This document shows positions 63,244 to 64,000 of a DNA stretch of 64,000 nucleotides, one piece after another. The position numbers and the translations under genes were made by a program. The notes under the pieces are model-generated. The model ran no database searches. It worked only from the letters and a program-made list of their open reading frames with translations, and had not been told where the DNA came from. The stretch is from Candidatus Babeliales bacterium (GTDB taxonomy: Bacteria > Babelota > Babeliae > Babelales > CAIQNR01). Each line of letters begins with the position of its first letter. Position 1 is the first letter of the stretch. The stretch is taken from positions 543,180 to 607,179 of the forward strand of contig DALYEP010000001.1 in the NCBI GenBank assembly GCA_031972475.1, given 5' to 3'.

Positions 63244-63528
63244 TTATTTTTCTATAACACCCAAAACATCATCTTCTCTTAAGATTAAATGCTTTTCATC
63301 AACATCAGTTCCTGCGTATTTTCCAAAAAATACCTTATCCCCTACCTTAACCTTAAGAGCTGTTACCTTGCCTTCAAATTCTCTTCCCTCTCCAACAGCT
63401 AAAACAGTTCCAGTTTGACCCTTTTCTTTTGAGCCTTCAGGAATATATAAACCACCCTGAGTTCTTTCTTCAGATTCAAGACGAGCCACAAACAAGCGAT
63501 CGCCTAACGGTCTAAGTTTTTCTATCAT
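63244..63528 (-). CDS. groES: Co-chaperonin GroES
   Basis: 94 aa ([14 protein letters not shown]...). It is immediately upstream of groEL, with an AAGGAG RBS. Confidence 0.9.
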   Translation of the reverse strand: MIEKLRPLGDRLFVARLESEERTQGGLYIPEGSKEKGQTGTVLAVGEGREFEGKVTALKVKVGDKVFFGKYAGTDVDEKHLILREDDVLGVIEK

Positions 63529-63611
63529 GTAAAACTCCTTCTGTAGAAATAATAATTGAATAATTTATTACATTTAAGCTTAAGCTGTCATTAACAACAA
63601 CTTATTAGGTG

Positions 63612-63639
63612 AGTATAATGCATAAAAAAAACATTGCAA
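63612..63639 (-). promoter_or_regulatory. Sigma70-like promoter upstream of groES: TTGCAA (-35), 16-nt spacer, TATACT (-10), read on the minus strand
   Basis: Hexamers read directly from the reverse complement of 63612-63639. No CIRCE (TTAGCACTC-N9-GAGTGCTAA) was found anywhere in 63529-63794. Confidence 0.45.
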
Positions 63640-63794
63640 ATTATTTTATACAAACTGACTAAGATTTTATGCATAAATAAGGTCAATGATATACGAAAAA
63701 AGCTTTTTAAATAAAGCATTATGCCATTTGCAATAAATTATATTTAATTTATACTATTAATAGTTTTTTCCAAACTTATATAAATGGAGTAATT

Positions 63795-64000
63795 ATGAAA
63801 AAAACATTATTAATTTGTTTTTTAATTATAAATAAAAATCACTCTTTTGATTTTTTTAAAAGAATATCAATTTTTGACTTTTTTAAAATTTTTAAATCGT
63901 CGCAAATACCTTTAAAAGGCTCTCCTCAGCGCACTCAACCTGTGATTATAGAAGAGATAAAACCTTTAATAACTTCTAAACAAGAAATATTGTGTAAACG
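63795..64000 (+). CDS. 5' portion of a hypothetical ORF running off the window end
   Basis: ATG preceded by GGAG. There are no stops through to the window edge (MKKTLLICFLIINKNHSFDFFKR...). Confidence 0.3.
   Translation, partial: MKKTLLICFLIINKNHSFDFFKRISIFDFFKIFKSSQIPLKGSPQRTQPVIIEEIKPLITSKQEILCK

Noticed and set aside
63529-63794. Search for a CIRCE (TTAGCACTC-N9-GAGTGCTAA) or sigma32 (CTTGAAA-N13-CCCCATNT) element upstream of groES and upstream of lon (58998-59152)
   Set aside because: Neither consensus is found on either strand in these intergenic regions. Only a sigma70-like hexamer pair upstream of groES could be supported.

Overview
This is a 64 kb window of a very AT-rich (roughly 28-30% GC), densely coding Gram-negative chromosome. 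The gene content and the AT-rich, low-complexity proteins suggest a host-associated, possibly amoeba-associated, bacterium; the lineage cannot be fixed from sequence alone. Most of the window is housekeeping. Confident calls are the 3' end of nrdA, nrdB, murB, trhO, ybeY, valS, mraY, tgt, gpmI, truA, rpsF-rpsR, rnhB, prmC, mutL, comM/yifB, an initiator tRNA-fMet, murJ, an ABC ATPase, lon and groES-groEL. Embedded accessory content: (1) a tightly coupled type II secretion-like gspF-G-H-I-J-K pseudopilin cluster whose last gene overlaps an MlaD/MCE-domain gene; (2) an AAA+ ATPase that matches eukaryotic ATAD3 over its whole ATPase core; (3) a signal-peptide ankyrin-repeat protein, followed by small secreted, acidic and Cys-rich ORFs; (4) an XRE-HTH plus S24-peptidase LexA/CI-like repressor; (5) tandem paralogous outer-membrane-like genes; (6) a 961-aa surface protein next to a beta-barrel OMP; (7) several secreted proteins carrying perfect in-frame nucleotide tandem repeats. 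No CRISPR array, transposase, integrase or rRNA was seen. All homology statements come from reading the translated ORFs and remembering family motifs, so they need confirmation by database search.
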